Origin: Piromyces finnis finn
Taxonomy: Eukaryota > Fungi > Neocallimastigomycota
Direction: 5' to 3'
Assembly (NCBI GenBank): GCA_002104945.1
Contig: MCFH01000045.1
Span: 310,001-374,000 of the forward strand
Length of the DNA stretch: 64,000 nt
The position numbers were made by a program, and so were the translations under genes. The notes under the pieces were generated by a model, which saw only the letters and a program-made list of their open reading frames with translations, searched no databases and had not been told where the DNA came from. Below are positions 61,166 through 64,000 of the stretch, piece after piece (the stretch's first letter is position 1; each line of letters opens with the position of its first letter).

Positions 61166-64000
61166 TTATTCTTCTTTAAATTTACGGTTTGAATCACTGT
61201 GAATGACATATAAAAATACTTCTTCAAGAGTAGTTTGACTCATACCCCAAGTATTAACATAACCATCTGGATTTTCATCTAAATACTTTACAAACTCAGA
61301 AATATAATTTAATTGTTCTTCATTGAAATCATAAATTAATGCACCAGCACTATCATCAGCAAGATGAATACCAGGAACCATATTTTTAGCAATTAATTTA
61401 AAGGCTTTAAGATTTTCTACATCAACTAAAACACTAATACGATAACCATTTCCAAATTTGTTCTTCAAATGAACACTATTACCAATAGCTTTAATTGTAC
61501 CTTTACTCATAATAACAATATCATCACCGAGAGCATCAGCTTCTTCCATAGAATGTGTTGTTAAAAGAACACATCTATCCTTCTTAAATTCTTCAATAAA
61601 TCTCCAGACATAACGACGATTAACAGGATCCATACCTGTTGTTGGTTCATCAAGCAAAATAACATTTGGATCACCAATTGTAGCAATAATCATCGATAAA
61701 CGTCTCTTCATTCCTCCGGAATATGTTCCAGCTCTAGCATCTTTAACTGTATACAATTGAACTGCCTTTAATCTATTAATAAGAATTTCTTCTAATTCAG
61801 GACAATTTTTAATACCTTTAATACCGGAATAAAGGCGTAAATGCTCCATTGCACTCAAATCTTTGTAGAGAATATCGTGTTGAGGACAAATACCAAGCTC
61901 TGATTGAACAGCAGATGGATTCTTTCTTACACTTTTATTACAAACTAAAATATCACCTTTAGTTGGTGGAGATAAACCAGAAATAATATTCATAGTTGTG
62001 GATTTACCAGCACCATTTTGTCCTAATAATGCTACAACCTTATTTTTTCCAATTGACAAGCATGAATTTCTAACAGCAACCTTTTTCTTCAAACCTCTTC
62101 CATATACTTTACGGAGATTAATGACTTTAACTGGATCATTATTTTCTGGGTTATATGTGTATTTATAATGATCTTGAACGTCATCGTCCAATTCTTCAAT
62201 ATTAATTTTTGATGGATACTTCTTTTGAGTCTTCAATAACCAATCTCTATTATTAATATCTTTATTACTATTAAACCAATATGATGGGAGTAAGAAATAA
62301 TATATAGGTTTTCTATTTCCATATTCATTAGAAATAATATTATCAAAATATATAGTCAAAACTAAATACATAACAATATTTCCAAGCATGTAATATAAAG
62401 CATGAGATGTTGGTTCCATATGTTCAAGATTTAAAACATAGGATAATTCGTCACCTTGTTTAACAGATAAGTCATTCCAATGAAATCCCTTTCCTTTAAC
62501 TACTGTATTGGTAATATAATTATATGTGTTACTAGAAAGGTAATTTATATCAACATATAACTTTCCAAAATTGAAAAATGGAATAAAAATCGAGAAAACT
62601 AATGACGCATTTAAAAATACAACAATTTATTAGTTACTATCTGTTTAAATTAAATAATTATATTTATTAAATAAAAATAATATATTACGTTTTCTAATAT
62701 ATTGTGGAACTTTATCACTCCACCATATATATGTGAGATAACTATCAGTAAACAAAACCGATTGGAATAAGAAACCAATAATCAATATAGATATACCTAT
62801 AAGAAGTATGAATCAAGTTAAGAAATCAAAATATAATATACTATAAATTATAATAATATTTTTAACTTTAAAATATATAAAAAGGATATCAGCTGTCTTA
62901 GATTTATTAACAAATGTAGTAATGAATATAGCAATAGCACCCATAGCAAGTCCAAATAAAAAGTATGTAAGCAACAAAACCTATTTTATTGTTTAAAATT
63001 AATAAATAGGTTTTTTATATTAATATACTATGTATATCTTTTGTCTGTTTGTTTATTTTGCTTTTTTTATTTACTTTTGTTTTTGTTATTTAAATAAATA
63101 AATATAAAAAAAATAAACTACTTACAAAGAAGTTAGTATTAGTAAAGCAACTGTATCCAAATAATTTACCAAAAAGAATAGTAAAGATAGTATTTAAAAA
63201 GAAATAAATAACATATATAACAATCCAACTAAGCCAATAAACACTTTGTTTTAATCCCATCATTTCCATACTGAAACGAATTTTGCTTTCTTTTTCTGAA
63301 ACAACTGTACTAAGAATATTGATGAAAATAGTCATTGAAACACAAAAGAAAACCATAGGACCACAAGTTGCAACAACAACATCTTCATAGCCATTTAATG
63401 GAGGTATTGGAAAATCTTTAAGGTTTATACCAAGTTGAGGTCTGATATTTGAATCACCATTAGCATATTTAACTATTGTATTTATATAAATAATAATTAT
63501 ATATTAATAAATAATTATTAATACTTGAGTTTAATAAATATTAAAATAAAAAAAATTTTCTACTAACTAATGGCTTCATCAATACCACGAGCTACGCTAG
63601 CTAATCTAGAGCCAAAAATATCAGTATTATTATAATTAGAAGTTGAATTAAACCATAATTGATAACGATAATTGGTAATGTTTGCTTCTTTTTTAACATC
63701 GAAAACAATACCGAAATTAGTAATGTTTTGATGATTTAAAGCATAATTATATATAAAATCACTATTTGGAACATGAACTACATCATATTTTTTTTCAATA
63801 TTATAATTTAATTTATCATCTATAAGTAATAATAAGTAATAATAATAATAAGTATTTTTAATTATTTGATAATATATAATTAATAGCACTTTAATAGTAA
63901 TTCAATATTACTTTCCCAATTATCCCATTTGTTTGAATCGGATTCCCATTTAATATTCATACGATCATTATTTGTTTGAACAAAGTTTGAGATAATTTCA
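61166..64000 (-). CDS. Half-size ABCA-subfamily transporter (paralog 'C', close paralog of A); 5' end lies beyond the window
   Basis: VVSEKESKIRFSMEMMGL, YFDNIISNEYG, GQNGAGKST, YSGGMKRRLS, LLDEPTTG, THSMEEAD, SQTTLEEVF. Shares 5' intron positions with paralog A. Confidence 0.92.
62806..62889 (-). other. U12-type AT-AC intron (84 nt) in ABCA paralog C
   Basis: 5' end ATATCCTTTTT, branch site TTTCTTAAC (62825-62817) ending 11 nt before the 3' end CATAC. Removal gives SKTA-V-LIGISILIIG in frame. Confidence 0.9.

Overview
Extremely AT-rich, intron-rich eukaryotic DNA with long A/T homopolymers and microsatellites. Composition, intron style and gene content suggest an anaerobic gut fungus (Neocallimastigomycota); this is inference, not a database result. 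I spliced about 16 protein genes by hand: a CUE/Smr (Cue2-like) nuclease, POM33/TMEM33, a kinase-fold protein with a degenerate catalytic loop, a bacterial-type EEP hydrolase, INO80 with a very long Asn-rich N-terminus, a sugar porter, histone H1, an orphan coiled-coil protein, an Ace2/Swi5-like C2H2 factor, malate dehydrogenase, GTR1, an orphan membrane protein, a Gon7-like small protein and three tandem half-size ABCA transporters (the last runs off the window). Four observations stand out. (1) Two of the ABCA paralogs each carry, at the same codon, an AT-AC intron with a U12-type 5' splice site (ATATCCTT) and a U12-type branch site, which implies a minor spliceosome. (2) A 561-bp tRNA-headed, poly(A)-tailed SINE-like insertion has a perfect 13-bp target-site duplication. 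(3) The leaderless mitochondrial-type MDH ends in the peroxisomal signal SKL. (4) Several 8-15 nt microexons and a strongly base-paired intergenic island may be missed by automated annotation. Most short ORFs in the supplied track are antisense or microsatellite artefacts.
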